Source of the DNA: Takakia lepidozioides
Lineage: Eukaryota > Plantae > Bryophyta
Direction of reading: 5' to 3'
DNA: 64,000 bases
Assembly (NCBI GenBank): GCA_030704615.1
Contig: CM060731.1
Location: forward strand, 30,442,001-30,506,000
Shown: positions 1 through 13,816 of the stretch, piece after piece
Numbering within the stretch: position 1 is the first letter of the stretch
How the letters are laid out: each line of letters opens with the position of its first letter
Made by a program: the position numbers and the translations under genes
Notes under the pieces: generated by a model
The model's input: only the letters and a program-made list of their open reading frames with translations
The model's database searches: none
Told to the model about the DNA's origin: nothing

Positions 1-1292
1 AGCCACAATGTGATTGCTTCTCAAGCGGAATTTCGCAGTGCAAAATTATCCATAGGAGTTTTTTTTTTTTTTTAATTTATTTTAAGCAAGGGAAAGGACC
101 TTATAGTTGAGATGAAGCCTCACCGCCTACTCTCCCGCATCTTATGGAGAAAAAGCCACGCCTATAGGGTAACATGTTCATCAGGTATAAGGGCTACTTG
201 TTCTCTATGTGTTAGTTTTGCATAATTGTTAATTTCGTCAATTTCATTTCGATGTGAAAATTTCCCGGGAATTTGGGGAATATGACCTTGTGCTCACGTG
301 AGCATGCTCACTCGCTACCCAACCTCCTCCCATGGGGCCTTCCTCTATACCTAACCCTATCCTGGGGTTTATCGTAAGACTTGGCCTCATCTGCTCAACC
401 AATATAGCACACATGCAATTCTAGCGACGACCGAAGGTCGGAAGCTAGTTTAGCGTAGAGCAGGAATAGGGTGCTATAGTGCCACGTCATCGTAGACACG
501 TCATCGTCGTTGTCAATATCTTTGGAATCTGCCCGGACGGCCCGCGCGAAAAACCCCAAAGCGCCAAGTTGTTTTGGAATTGCCCGGACTGCCCGATTCT
601 TAGAGTTCTTGAACTGCAGGAGCTCTGCGTTTTCCGCCATCGTGCACCTTGCAAGCTCTCAATAGTCTCGCTGCTCAATGCAAACCGTGGTCTCTCCCTC
701 ATTCGATCAGCTTCGGTTTTCGTGCGAAGGCTCCGCAGATCACATCATTTTACTTGCTTAGGCTTGTGAACGTGTTTTGGTCGTGACAGCCACATCATCA
801 ATCATGATGGTAAGGTTGTTTGCTTTTGGGCCCTTTTCCAAGCATTGAATAGAAAGTTTGGGGTAAGGAATCAACAAGAAGTGATACAAAGTATGCTGAT
901 GAGCATAACAATGTTTTTCAGTTGGTGATATCTGAACTTTTCAGAACCGCATAAGCAAGTTAGGATGGCATATGTGAAGATGTTCTGCATCACACAAGGT
1001 TTCACTATTATTGATCTAGGTCTGGTGGTCAAACATTGGGTTGTGCACTCAGGTGTGTGCTCTGCAATGGAACCGGCATCAAAAGGAGATACTGAGCAGC
1101 CATAGGTTCAGCCAGAATCAACTGTGCTTGCGGAAGTATCCATCTATGGCCAAAATTGCTGAACTCACTGGTCACACTACCCGTGTTCTCCATCTTGCCC
1201 AATAACCGGTTTTAGTACAAGTATGTACTCGATTTGTGAATTTTTCTTTGAAATCTGGCTCTGCCTCTCAATAGATTTTCTTTGTGTTGTAC

Positions 1293-2127
1293 AGATTTTG
1301 CAGATGAGTTGAAGAAGGCACGCCAGTTTGGAAGTCTAACTGCATTTGGACGCGGCTTGCCCAGAGGGGGTGAAGTATCAGCTGTAAAATCCCTTGAGAG
1401 ACAGGAGGGGATTCTTCGATCCCTAGCCTGACATGACCCTCTGGTATGCTTTTTCATTACATCTGAATTTGGTTGCTACAACAGGAAAGTTTGTTTCAAT
1501 GTTAAATGAGAGCACCAACCTTCAGAAGTGGTAAATAATTAAAGAGGGCTGCATACTGGATGGCCGGGCTTGCAGGTGAGCACACGATGTCTTCAGAAAG
1601 TAAGCAAGGGGCATCAGGCTGGGCATGGTGTGGGTCCAGCGAGTTGGAGAGCTGCACAAGGCTGAGGTGGCAACGAAGTGGGGGTGCACTGTGCGTGATG
1701 TTGATGCCGTACTGGCAAAGTACGAGTGGGCAAAGGAAGCAAACAGGCGTGTGATGAAGCTTAAGGAGGAAGGCAAGCCGCTTAGCTCTTGTATGTTTTT
1801 GTTATGCTCTGGCAGCTGCATTCTCTTCTCAAAATCTCTCCTCCCGCCATCTCACCAAATGGTTTTCCATTGTTTGCCTGTTTCCTACCATCTTTTAATA
1901 CCTTGAATGATGAAATATATTTGTCCCTATACCTTGAATATAAGGTGGCCATAGCTAGGAGATGAAGGGTCTGGCCTGAGGTTGACACCATGGATTTGTT
2001 GGTTGGTGAAGGTGGAAGAGTTGATGGGGGGGTCGCTGGAATGCGGCAGCATCTGTGAATCTTGCAAAAAGTGGACAACTGAGTCGAAATGTTGCTTGTC
2101 CATGCGACTCTGGAAAGAAGTACAAGA
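1293..2127 (+). pseudogene. SEC-C motif protein pseudogene (At3g04950-like)
   Basis: Exon-like blocks FADELKKARQFG..ERQEGILRSLA*HDPSG, AEVATKWGCTVRDVDAVLAKYEWAKEANRRVMKLKEEGKPL, NLAKSGQLSRNVACPCDSGKKYKR (SEC-C motif). In-frame TGA near 1427 and a frameshift in the G-run at ~2025. Confidence 0.7.
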
Positions 2128-2389
2128 GGTGGGTTCTTGCTCTTTTCACAGCTCCTCTCATCTCTCTACCCCATTCCAATGGGAGTGTCGTAAGGCGGAG
2201 AGAAGCAATGTTTCTGGCTGCTTTATCTCACACTCATACTTAAATAGATGGATTTTGTGGCTAGATGAGTCAAATTTCAAACTTAAAGCAAAGCAAGTAG
2301 TACTATCAAACATCATGTAGCCTGGCAATAAGCTGGCCGTGAGGCATCTGTGGCTTGAACACTATCTTACGTTTCACGCAATGTGGTGA

Positions 2390-3430
2390 GGGCACCTTCT
2401 TCTTCGACCTGTTTCAGCCTGTTTTTATCTCTCATGAGACTCGGCCCTGAGATCCTGTTATCAGAATCGTCCCTAAATTCTGATGTTGAACTCTGCAAGG
2501 TAGCTTGTTGGTGGATCTATGGTGGTTTTGGAGTGATTTTAACATGTTACTGCCAATGTGGCAACAGGAAAGAATCGAAAAACAGATAACAGAGACGAGG
2601 AGAAGCTTTGGAATGCTCACCTCAACGATGACCGCAGCTTCTGAAAGATGATCAAGAGAGGGAGTCCACAATGCCTCTTCTGGCACTTCTGCGCATGTGA
2701 AGATGCTTTGTGAGGCAGGCACACTGACAGAGGCTCTCTGCATAGATAGCTGAAGGAGCAGGGATAGAGGGTGGGTCCAGATTCATCTAAGAGGGCCGGA
2801 TTTCAAGCTCCAGATCACCTATGATTCCCTGTGGAAGGACAGGTACAAGAAACAGATGGTCAACTGCAACCCGCAGCGGCAGCGGTCAGACACTGCTAAT
2901 GAAGGCACCTTCTTCAACACATTTCACCCTGTTTTTCCCTCTTATCAGAGTCGGCCCTAAATTTCCATGTTGAATTCTGCAAGTTAGCTGGTTGAGTGAA
3001 CCTTTGATAGTTTGGAGTGAATGACATGATACGGCCAATGTGACAACAGGAAAGTATCCAGAAACAGGTAACAGAGCTGAGGAGAAGCTGTGGAATGAAT
3101 ACTTTTCCTGACCCCAGTTAATGGTGGGACAACTGAGGCAAAAATGTGAATGCATGTTGGATTACAGAGAGTAGCAGATGCAATTGAGCATACAAACTAG
3201 TGTGATAAGTTGAGTTGGGTGTTTCCTAGAACTTCAAGCTCCAAATTACCTATGATTCCCTGTGGATCAATAGCTACAAGAAACCTGCATCGGTAGATGG
3301 TCACCTAAAGGCAGCAGCTACAGCGGCACCTTTGCTAAAATCAGGCACCTCAACCATGACCATAGCTTCTGCAAGGGGATCAAGAGAAGGAGTCCACAAT
3401 GCCTCTTCTGGCACTTCTGGGCATGTGAAG
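2390..3430 (+). repeat. Local degenerate direct duplications upstream of the PPR pseudogene
   Basis: 2390-2615 resembles 2902-3095; 2801-2835 resembles 3232-3265; 2618-2702 resembles 3346-3430 (gagtccacaatgcctcttctggcacttctg twice). Confidence 0.75.
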
Positions 3431-4720
3431 CCTGGGAGCTCTGGAAAATGGGAAAGACGTCCATGGTGACATCGTCAAAGCTGGAATTGCACCAGATTCA
3501 TCCTGAACACTGCCCTGGTGGACATATGCCAAATGTGGGTGGATGCAAAGGGAGTTTTCAACACTATGGCTGAACGAGATGTGGTGTCGTGGAACACGAT
3601 GCTTGTAGGGTATGTACAGCAGGGGCACGGGATGGAGGCTTTGGAGACCTATGAACAAATGATGGGGAAGTGGTGAAGCCCGACCACATCACGTTTGTGT
3701 GTGTTTGCAGTGCGTATGCAAGCCTGGCAGCCCTGGAAAAGGGCATGGTTGCATCGCCAAAGCTGGAATTGTACCAGATGTGGTTCTAAACAATACCCTC
3801 GTGGACATGTATGCCAGATGTGGAATGCGATGATCGCAGGATATGCCCAGCATGTTGTCATATGGAGGTCCTGCAACTATTTGAAGGAATGCAAAAGAAC
3901 GGCTTGAAGCTGGACAACCTTTATATGTGTTCTCTTTGCATGCAGCCACATTGGCCTACTGAATGAAAGAAGACACTACTTCGATTCCCCGAGTCAAGAT
4001 CATGGTATCACTCCGACAGTAAAGCACTTTGGCTGCATGGTGGACCTTCTTGGACGTGCGGGACAACTGGATGACGCAGTGGACCCGATTAATAAAATGC
4101 CAATCAATCCAGATGTTGTGGTGTGGAAGGCCTTGCTTGGTGCTTGCAGAATCCATGGCAATGTGGAGATGGCTAAACATGTGGCAACATCTATCCTCAA
4201 GTAGGATGAACGGGATGTCGCGACTTATGTGTTGCTATCAAACATCTATGCTGCAGCTGGCAGGTGGGATGATACTGCACAAATGAGAAGAATGATGAAG
4301 GTGAGAGGGGTTAAAAAGGAGCCAGGTCGTTGTTGCATTGAGGTTGGCAATAGGGTGCACACCTTCGTTGTAGATGACAAGTTGCATCCCAGAATTAAGG
4401 AAATCCATGCTGAGCTAGAAGATTGTCTGGGCAGATGAAGGAGGTGGGGCCTGACACGCGCTTTGTATTGCATGATGTGGGGAGGAGGAAAAGGAATTTT
4501 CTCTTTGCCACCACAGTGAGAAGCTGGCCATTGGTTTTGGGCTGATCAGACGACCCCTAGGACGCCTCTCCGTCTCATCAAGAATCTTCGAGTGTGTGGT
4601 GACTGCCACACCTCCACCAAATTCATCTCAAAGATTGTTGGCCGAGCAATTGTTGTACGGGACGCTAACCGCTTTCACCACTTTGAAGATGGGATTTGTT
4701 CTTGTGGTGATTACTGGTGA
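3390..4720 (+). pseudogene. PLS-class PPR protein with E/E+/DYW deaminase domain (organellar RNA editing factor), pseudogene
   Basis: PPR motifs (DVVSWNTMLVGY, FGCMVDLLGRAG, VVWKALLGACRIHG, YVLLSNIYAAAGRW), DYW motifs HSEKLA (~4512), LRVCGDCH (~4586), [15 protein letters not shown] ending 4720. Many frameshifts and stops. Confidence 0.9.
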
Positions 4721-5348
4721 AAGGATGTTTTCTTGGAAAAATGTGAGTGTCTTGCTTCATTCATTGATCTGTGTAGCTACTCAGACCATCCACCATTTCC
4801 TGGGAGTATTGACCATCATGGGGTCTACCCGGCATAGGTGGGAAGTCAGCCCATAATTGCACTTGACTGAAAGGGTGTTTTTTGACTGATTCTGGTGATA
4901 GTAGATGGAACTCAGAGTGTTGTCCTAATTCTGGGTTTGGGTGGTGGAGCTTCTCCAAGGCTTGAAGATGAAAGTGAATACGAATTGTAATGAGCTTGAT
5001 GAGAGGGGCAGCCCTGTGCACAAGTTTGTTCAACATCTTAAATTTGGACATGTTTGTTTGTTTCTTGTGATGTGGCTTTGGATGGAGCCCTCGACAAACC
5101 TACATGAATATTGTAAGCTAGCCTTAACCCACCAAGATCCAATCCCATGGTGGCTGCTTGAAAGTTCATATAGTGATTGCAAGGGTATTTGGGTATGTTG
5201 TTATTGATTGATGCAGCTTGACTGCCTCACACTATAACATCGGTTTGTGCATGTTGGAGTTCAAGGTTGGGGGTAACTACTTGAGCTGCCAATCTCAAAC
5301 AAGCCGAAAAACTGCTCCTCCTTGTGGATCTACTGGTTTTTCTCTTTA

Positions 5349-5381
<33 letters not shown>

Positions 5382-5569
5382 GGTCCAGCTTGTAATTTTA
5401 GTTTTTGTTCGTGCAGGTTCTGAAGCATTTGTTGATGCATAGTCCTCCAGAACAAGCTCTGATCTTGTTGCCTCGCTGCTGTCAAGTGTGAATGGATTTG
5501 AGGTGTCTCATCACGTGTGGAAGTGTCTGCATATTGGGCAGAAAAGGGGGTTCAACTCCCCCTCACTTC

Positions 5570-6705
5570 TTGGTAGGATTTACCAAGCATGGGTGTGGTA
5601 GGAATACTTTGGAGACCTATGTGCAAATGTTGCGCGAAGGGGTGAAGCCCAACCACATCACATTTGTTTGTGTTTGCAATGCGTGTGCAACGCCTGGGAG
5701 CTCTGGAAAAAGGGAAAGAGGTCCCTCCTGACATCGTCAAAGCTGGAATTGTACCAGATGTCATTCTGAACACTGCCCTGGTGGAAATGTATGTCAAATG
5801 TGCATGCATCGAGGATCCCAAGGGAGTGCTTGAAAGTATGGCTGAATGAGATGTGGAGTGCGATGATTGCAGGCTATGCACAGCAAGGATGCGGGATGGA
5901 GGCTTTGGAGACCTATGAGCAAGTGATGTGCGAAGGGGTGAAGCCCAACCACATAACGTTTGTTTTTGTTTGCAATGCGTGTGCAAGCCTTGGAGCTCTG
6001 GAAAAAGGGAAAGAGGTCCATGGTGACATCGTCAAAGCTGGAAATGTACCAGATGTCATCCTGAACACTGCCCTGGTCGACATGTATGCACGGGATGGAG
6101 GCTTTGGAGACCTATGAGCAAGTGATGTGCGAAGGGGGGAGGGGATTCCACGCCTGGATTGCCCTTGCATTCAGATGCTGCCCTCCGCAAGCCTGGCACC
6201 CTGGAAAAGGGCAAGAGGTGCATGGTTGCATCACCAAATCTGCGAAGGGAGGGTTCGACACTATGGCCGAACGTGATGTGGTGTCGTGGAACATGATGCT
6301 TGCAGGGTATGCATAGCAGGGGCCCGGGAGGAGGCTTTGGATACCTATGAGCAAATGATGGGGGAAGGGGTGAAGCCTGACCACATCAGGTTTGTGCGTT
6401 TGCAATGTGTGTGCAAGCCTAGTAGCCCTGGAGAAGGGCAGAGAGGTTCATAGTGACATTGTCAAAGCTGGAATTGTACCAGATGTCATTCCGAACAGTG
6501 CCCTGATGGATATGTATGCCAAATGTGGGGAGTGTTCAACAATATGGCTAAACGAAATGTGGTGTCTTGGAGTGCCATGACAGCAGCATGGGTGTGGGAT
6601 GGAGGCTATGGAGACCTATGAGCAAATGATGCAGGAAAGGGGTGAAGCCAAATCACATCATGTTCTTGTGCATTTGCAATGTGTGTGCGAGCCTGGCAGC
6701 CCTGG
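5570..6705 (+). pseudogene. Scrambled tandem PPR-motif fragments
   Basis: Repeated ALETYEQ..EGVKPNHITFV, ALEKGKEVHGDIVKAGIVPDVILNTALVDMY units with stops and frameshifts. Confidence 0.85.
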
Positions 6706-6784
6706 GCACAGTTATTCATGTTGTAGACAGCATAAAGTAGAGGGAGTGTTTGAGAGAGATTCGTCATTGCATAATGTTACCCTG

Positions 6785-7150
6785 TTTGTGGCTCAGGGTA
6801 TATATATGCTGGTGGCGAGATTTTCCCGACTCCCCAAATATCTGCCTAAGGCCGTCTGGCGCTACCGTATGTCTTACATAGGCTTCCATATGTATGCTCT
6901 ATCAGATCGATACCAACCGAAGCAAGTGGGAAGATTTGGGGGTTGTCTTTGCATGGTCATTGGCTACAGACTTATCTTCTTCCTTATGATAAAGTTTACT
7001 GAGGATGTGAGCCCAATCCTCCGCTCGCTCCTTGCCAAGCTTGCCCAGGGCTGCCTGACACGGAAAAATTCGGCTGTCCAGAACACAATTCGACCCCTCT
7101 CTATGACACCATCCCCTGTCCATGAGCTGCTCTGCTGCGGTATTCCATAG
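6785..7150 (+). pseudogene. ABCG (WBC/ABCG11-like) half-transporter C-terminal fragment
   Basis: QGIYMLVA.FSRLPKYLPKAVWRY.MSYIGFHMYAL ... MVIGYRLIFFLMIKFTEDVSP matches the ABCG11-type C-terminus; no NBD nearby. Confidence 0.7.
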
Positions 7151-7929
7151 GCAAGCAATTTGGTGCGTCCCCATGTTGATTCTTACAACAAGGAAAAAGT
7201 ACCTGTCACTATCTTAGGTAATCTAACAACTGCGCCAACAGTGCTGATGTGAACATGATACGACAGCAATTGTAATGCATGAAAGAGGGTGATTGATGGT
7301 TAACACTTCTAGCGGGACTGAAAAATTCATCTGGATCCCATTCACTGGTGGGAATTTGCAATAACAAAGCCTCTAGCTGAGAATATTGTTTTCTTTGCTT
7401 TTAGTTAGCTCAGTTGTAGAGAGAGCTGGTGCCACAAGAGTCTGATACAGAAATGTGAGGTAATTATTCTAGTCTATCAGTGGGGAATCCAGAGATTAAT
7501 GAGCGATAAAGGTGGCAGTTACTTGTCCTGCTTCAATCATAGCAACAACCATTACTTCTAGGTACATAATTTATTGCTACACAAATTCTGTCATTGGCGC
7601 CTGCTGTGTATTATATTCTGCAGTGAAAAGCCTTGGACGGCTGCTTCTTTTTCCCTTGTTGAACGGATGGAGTGCAACTGATCTGAGAATGTATTGCAAG
7701 AATGCAGTCTGCAATGTAGAGTCTGTATGGACAATGTAATGGTGATTCCAGCACTGGGACTGTGATACTGGCAACTATGAAGTGCGTAGAGAAAGCAGAC
7801 AGACCAACTTGGGAAGGAGAAATAAAAGAGAGACCACTGGACCACCTGAGGCTCCTCATGATATACTTAGTGCTTCAGAAAATAAATATGGATACTCTAA
7901 TGCAGGATGCACTACAATCTCAGATCCTG

Positions 7930-8330
7930 CTTTCCACCACTTTGAAGATGGGATTTGTTCTTGTGGTGATAGGATGTTTTCTTGGAAAGATGCTAGTGTT
8001 TGGTGACAGTGGATGGAAATCAGAGTGTTGTCCTAATTCTGGGTTTGGGTGGTGGAGCTTCTCCAAAGCTTGAAGATGGAAGTGAATACGAATTTTAATG
8101 AGCTTGATGAGAGGGGCAGCCCTGTGCACGAGTTTGTTCAACATCTTAAATTTAGACATGTTTGTTTGTTTCTCGTGGGGTGGCTTTGGATGGAGCCCTT
8201 GATGAACTTGCATGAATATTGTCAAAAGCTAGCCTTAACCCACCAAGATCCAATCCCATGGTGGATGCTTGAAAAGTTCATATAGTGAATATAAGAGTAT
8301 GTGGGTATGTTGTTATTGGTTGATGCGGCT
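7930..8330 (+). repeat. Duplicate of DYW C-terminus plus 3' flank (copy of ~4672-5220)
   Basis: ttccaccactttgaagatgggatttgttcttgtggtgat and the downstream ~300 bp recur with high identity; ORFs 4941 and 8049 are near-identical. Confidence 0.9.
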
Positions 8331-8536
8331 TGTGAAAATTGAACATCGAAGTGCAGATCCGCCAATTTTCTTCCAGAAAAAAACAAAACACGGGATCTCT
8401 GCATGTAACACCGTGGGAATGACCCACCTTTTTTTTGTGAAAAATTGAACGTAGTTCTCAGAATTCGTCGCTAGTAGTGCGGAGCAACGCGAAGCCCTAG
8501 TGCGATAATATTTGGCTTAGCATGATAACCAAGTTG

Positions 8537-8590
8537 TAGCCTAGTGGTAATGGGCACATACCACCTCGAAGTGGTTGTGGGTTCAATCCA
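8537..8590 (+). mobile_element. tRNA-derived (SINE-like) head with Pol III A/B boxes
   Basis: TAGCCTAGTGG (A box) and GGTTCAATCC (B box) at tRNA spacing; no clean cloverleaf. Confidence 0.4.
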
Positions 8591-10761
8591 TCATTGGTGT
8601 CACAACCAGTGTTGTGGGGATAAATAATTCCCTCCGGGAAAGGGTAAATGGAAATCAGAGGATTATTTATCCTCCGGATAAGTATAAATTATCTATATGT
8701 CCATTTATTTATCCTATGGATAAAGGATAAAGTCCAATATTTTTGACCGGGTAAGGATAAATGATTTATCCTTTCTATACCCGCCGGGTAAATAAAAGAT
8801 ATATGGAAGGATATATAGTTTTTTTTTGTTTTTTATGCTCAACTCAAAAAATATAACTAATTAATTAAGGTAATCAATTTTTGGTCTAATTTTTTATGAT
8901 CATGAGCGTGTTTCTTCGCACAAAAGATAATAATCAAACAAAGCCAAATAAGACCATGTACGAGTGCCTCGTCCATGAAACTAGTGTCTCAGAGATCGAG
9001 GTTGAGTTGATAGCATTGCAAACTGTCCGCTTGTGCACTCTAAGCAAAGTGACTCTTGACACAAACCCAAAGCTTTTCATAGAGATGAAGGCCTTAGAGG
9101 GAGAGGGACATAGACAAAAGAGAGGGAGAGAGTGGGAAGATATTCATGTCATGTCAAGACATGGACAAGACCCTACTAGGGTCATTGTCAATTAAAGATA
9201 TAAACAGCCCAAAACAGGGCACCATCTAACATTTCCATTCTTGTCATAGCTTCCCATGAATTGACATCACCCAATCATTCATGATAAAACAGGGTGGGAG
9301 GGCGGGGTTTGTTCATGTACAGGTCATGACAACAAGACAAGCATATAAGCAAGCATCTTGTGTTCTAAAAAAACAGATTGCTGCAGCCAGTCATACCTTC
9401 TTGGCATCACAATTACAACAAAACATGCATAGAGCAAAACATCTTGGGTATGTGAAACTAGCCTGCAATATTACAGATTCAAGATATGCCCTTCAAGCAA
9501 ACATCTTGGATATGACAAAATAAATAGCAGCAGCCTACCTTATCATGCATCAAGCAAGGCATAAGGACCAGCCTGCAATTTTTCAGAATCAAAACATGCC
9601 TCCAAGCAAACCACTTTGGGCATGATAGATCAGATTCCATACCATTTGTAATCATCCCGAGACATGTAATCATACAAGGTGTAAAGGGAATGTGAACTCA
9701 ACTTGTCATATTGCAAATTCAAGACGTGTACACACAAGCATCTTGGACAACCAAGATCTTGACAAATAAAAACCTTAGATTGCAAGTCATGGCCCTGATG
9801 TCATGATAAGGCCGAAAATACAGGCAGGATTCCATTACAGCTTACCACCCTCATCTTACAAGATGTCCATGCTAAAGTTTGCAAAAACACCTCACTATAT
9901 ATATGATCCATTAAACACCAAATCCAGGCCTGAAAAGGAGCAGGTCGTTGCCTTGTCAGGCTGCCGCCATAACATTCAAGGCAGCCAAGTCCATAGAGTC
10001 ACAAACCCGCCAAGGCCATACCCATAAAACACTCCAAGGCCAAAAATTCACAACCTATCTCATTAATCCACAGGCCCTGCTGTCAAGGATCAAAAGACAA
10101 GGTAGGGTCTGGATGCAGGCCTCAGGAGACAGGCCTGACAGGCCGAACAGTCCTACCAGCGGCAGAACAACTTAAGCCAAAACAAAGGCTGTAGCATGCC
10201 AAACCAGAAGTAGTCGGGTTGAATTCAGGGCTGCAGACAGGAGCCATTTCAAGATGCCACAACTTATGTACAAGGCCCCTCTACCCATATCCACATCTGT
10301 ATGCTCAAGAAAATTCAAAGCAAGTGAGGATACTCACCTGTTCCCATCACAAGCCTCCACAAAATCGATAGATTAGTGAGGATTGTGGAACCCCACGTGA
10401 ATCAGACCCTCACACTTGTCATCGATGTCAACTAAGAACTTCAAAAGCAAGAGACGAAGATAAGCACAGAAGGAACCCTAAACTCCAAAAGCACCTTGAG
10501 CGATTGGGGAAGAGAGCTATGCGCCATCACCACCCGCAGCAAGCCGCCTCCAACAAAGCACATAAGCAATGAAGCAAAACAAACAAGCTTGCAAGGCAAC
10601 AAAAGAGAGGGAGAGAGACTTCCCAACACAAGTGCCACTGCAGAATTTGAAGGCTAGAGGACGGAAGAAGATATTGCATTCACAGCAAGGTTTCCCGCTG
10701 TTAGAGAGACAAAGCGCCGCCTTCGCGCATCCCCAGGAGATCGCCCAGTATGGGTATGATG

Positions 10762-12025
10762 GGGTTAGGTCTCACACAATAATTAATCATAATTAGGGGT
10801 AGTTAAGATCAATTCAAGGCCATAAACAGCTGTACATCTCATCCGGTCCACGACAGTAAAAATCCATCCATGACTTCATCTATAAACAAATCATCCATCA
10901 GGATGAAAAACAAGAAATGACATCCATGGCAACGGTTTACCTCCACCCAGGTAGTTCATTACCCTCATTTCTTCACCCGGTATGGATGCAAAGATTCAAT
11001 AAAAGGGGAATGAAAAATTAATATCCTGGCAGTTTTTCATCCGGTATGGATGAAAAACAGGATGATAGTGGCAACCCTCATACAGGTAATTTTTTTATTC
11101 TTTGGTGACTCATCTGGTATGGATGAAAGTCAATAAAAGAGGAATGAAAAAAATCCAAAATTCATCCTAGAGGTAATTCAGTGTCCACCCTGGTGGCTCA
11201 TCCGGTATGGATGAAAAATTGCTAGAGGATGGATGAAACGCTGTCAAATCCTCATCCGGTATGGATGAAAAAATAGGAAATCAATACTGATAAAACCGGC
11301 CAGTTCCCAGGAGAGAGGTTGAGCAGCTGCTGCTCAGTCACTCCCCCCCCAACATTTTTTTTTTTTCTTTGTTGCCCCCTCTCTCCCTCTGTCTCCCCCC
11401 CCCCCACCCCACACACATTTTTATTTTGGTTTCCTAATCTCTCTCTCTCCCTCCCTCTCCCTCCCTCCTTGGAATCGGCCGGACTTATCAGTTTTGATTT
11501 CCTGTTTTTCATCCATATCGGATGAATTATGACAATTTTTTATCCATCCTCTAACAATTTTTCATCCATACCGGATGAACTACCAGGATGGACACTGAAT
11601 TACCTCTATGCATATCTAGGATGAATTTTGGGTTTTTTATTCCTCTTTTATTGACTTTCATCCATATCGGATGAGTCACCAGAGAATGAAAGATGGCCTC
11701 TGTGAGGGTTGCCACTATCATCCCGTTTTTCATCCATAGCGGATGATAACAACCAAGATATTAATTTTTCATTCCTCTTTTATTGCTTTTTTCATCCATA
11801 CCGGATGAGAATTTTTGAGATGTGGAATTACCTGCGAGGTTGTGAACCGTTGCCATGGATGATATTTCCCATTTTTTCATCCTGCTGAAGGATTCTTTCA
11901 ACGGATGAGCTCATGGATGATTTTTCTCTGTCATCTGAACCGGATGATATGTACAGCTGTTTATGGCCCTGATTTGATCTTAACTACCCCTAATTATGGT
12001 TAATTATGGTATGAAACCCTAACCT
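10762..12025. mobile_element. Foldback-type element: ~550-bp inverted arms around a C-rich spacer
   Basis: 10762-11310 is the reverse complement of ~11475-12025 (e.g. taattaggggtagttaagatcaa / ttgatcttaactacccctaatta). Each arm has ~5 copies of TCATCCGGTATGGATGA. No TSD found. Confidence 0.8.
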
Positions 12026-13816
12026 CTACCCTTAAAATTATTTTTATCAACGTGGGCCTGCCATGGCATCATTTGTCAAAGCGACGAGCAAGATCTCTCC
12101 ATTTGGAACCCTCTCCCCCCTCAACGCTGGAGAAACCTTCGAGCTCCACTCCACGGCCTCGCCAGAGTTTGAGAGAGAAGTCAATTGGAAACATCTCAAG
12201 CACCCTGCCACGTCTTCCAGGCTCAATTTTAGGTAGTTTGCTATAGTCATGGATTAGCTTCTCGGTAATCGATGCTTACAAACAGACATTCGGCTAAAAA
12301 GTATTGGCACTTGGGGCGTGGCTAGGATGGTTTTTCGATCTTACAACTACCTCTGCACTTTTGCGTGTAGGAACTGGATCCCCCCTTCACTGACTATGGT
12401 GTGTAATCCTCATGGTGTCATTCCGGGTTTTATTTTTTTCCCCATCTTGAAGTAAATCGCCAGGGTACTACTCCCTGTTCTTTAAAAATAAAAAATAAAA
12501 AATGTCGATATATTATACCGCATAAAGAATTTGAGGGTGATTTCTTTTGGGGGCTAATGGTTTGGTCAAAGAGACATTTGTGAGCTTGTATCCCAGGATG
12601 AAGTGTAGAGTTGGATGTTAGGGCATGACGTGCTAATAGTAATGTGAATATGTTTTAGTATGAACAAAGTTGTCACTATGTAGCAGCAAGTGGGTACATG
12701 CAATGGGATTTATTGCAGGTAGGTGACTTAGACCGTCAAATTTAGAAGACGTGTTGAAGAAGCCCTTGGTAAATGGTTCCAAGCTTGCCGAAGCATATTG
12801 TAGTTGAGTGCCCAAGGTTATAGCATATTTACTCAGTGAATTTACATCAAAAAATAAGTGCTTGCGAAAGAAGAGAGAGATGATGCCAACAGGAGTTAGA
12901 ACAAAATAAAGCTTCCTCCCCTTGTGAGTACAATATAAAGTGTTTGAGAAACACAATTTTGAAAATTGTTTTTATTGCAACCCTCATTTGAAGTTAAGTA
13001 ATTAGGTACGTGTGTGCGATACAAAATGTACACAGTAAATTTCACTGGATCGGCAATTTGTACATTTCTAGTTAACTAGCTTGGGATCCTAATCCAATCT
13101 TCATCTCAATTCGAATCTTGTTGTTTGTACATGGGTTGTACATGGCCGTTGATACATTCGTTACACAGGAAGACTGATCCCTAATCCTTTGTATGATTTG
13201 ATAAGTACATACATGGAGCACCGCACATGGGGAAGTGCTCTTATTTGGCCGGAATCTTCTCTCTAGCACCGACACAAAAAATTATATACATTCTGTAGGT
13301 CAAACCTAACCTAAGTTCGTCAATGTTGGAAAGGTCATTGGCGGTAATTCAAGCTTCTCCAGAATACAAAGGAGAGGAGTGTTATTTGCAATTGAACTGT
13401 ATTCCTTTGGGGGTTAGGCGCTCACACATGTTGATGCTGGGTCTCCAGGGGGGCCATCGTTCTCACCATCCGTGAGGAGAAACATGTCGGATTTCCACTG
13501 AATAAATGGGTATAGGAGCTGACACATCTTGCTAATATTGAGACTTCCACAATTAACATGAGTCTCTCGCCAATTTGTCCTCGATCCCCCATGGCGGGTC
13601 ATGTCTCCCTTTGGGAAAGAGAAGCAGAAGACATGAGGTGCTCACCCATCTTGCTGGAGTCTGCCATTTGGACGATAATCCCCGGGCACATGAAGTGTGG
13701 ATCATGTCTGCGCCGGGGAACAGAAGGTATCTTGAGATTTTCACTTGGCATGAGGTGCCTGAAGATGTGGCTGGCCTAGGAGGTGGGTTGGGCCATAGTT
13801 GGGCTATAGGAAGAAC

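Noticed and set aside
3390-4720. Functional PPR-DYW gene with stops rescued by RNA editing
   Set aside because: Nuclear locus with multiple frameshifts that base editing cannot repair.
8537-8590. Functional tRNA genes (also 38063-38117 and 40688-40744)
   Set aside because: Only A/B boxes are recognisable; acceptor and anticodon stems do not pair convincingly.
8940-10750. Possible LTR or retroelement leader region
   Set aside because: No second copy, termini or coding motifs in the window.
12633-12956. Copia RNase H remnant (LQYASASLEPFTKGF)
   Set aside because: Similarity too weak and no other Copia domains nearby.
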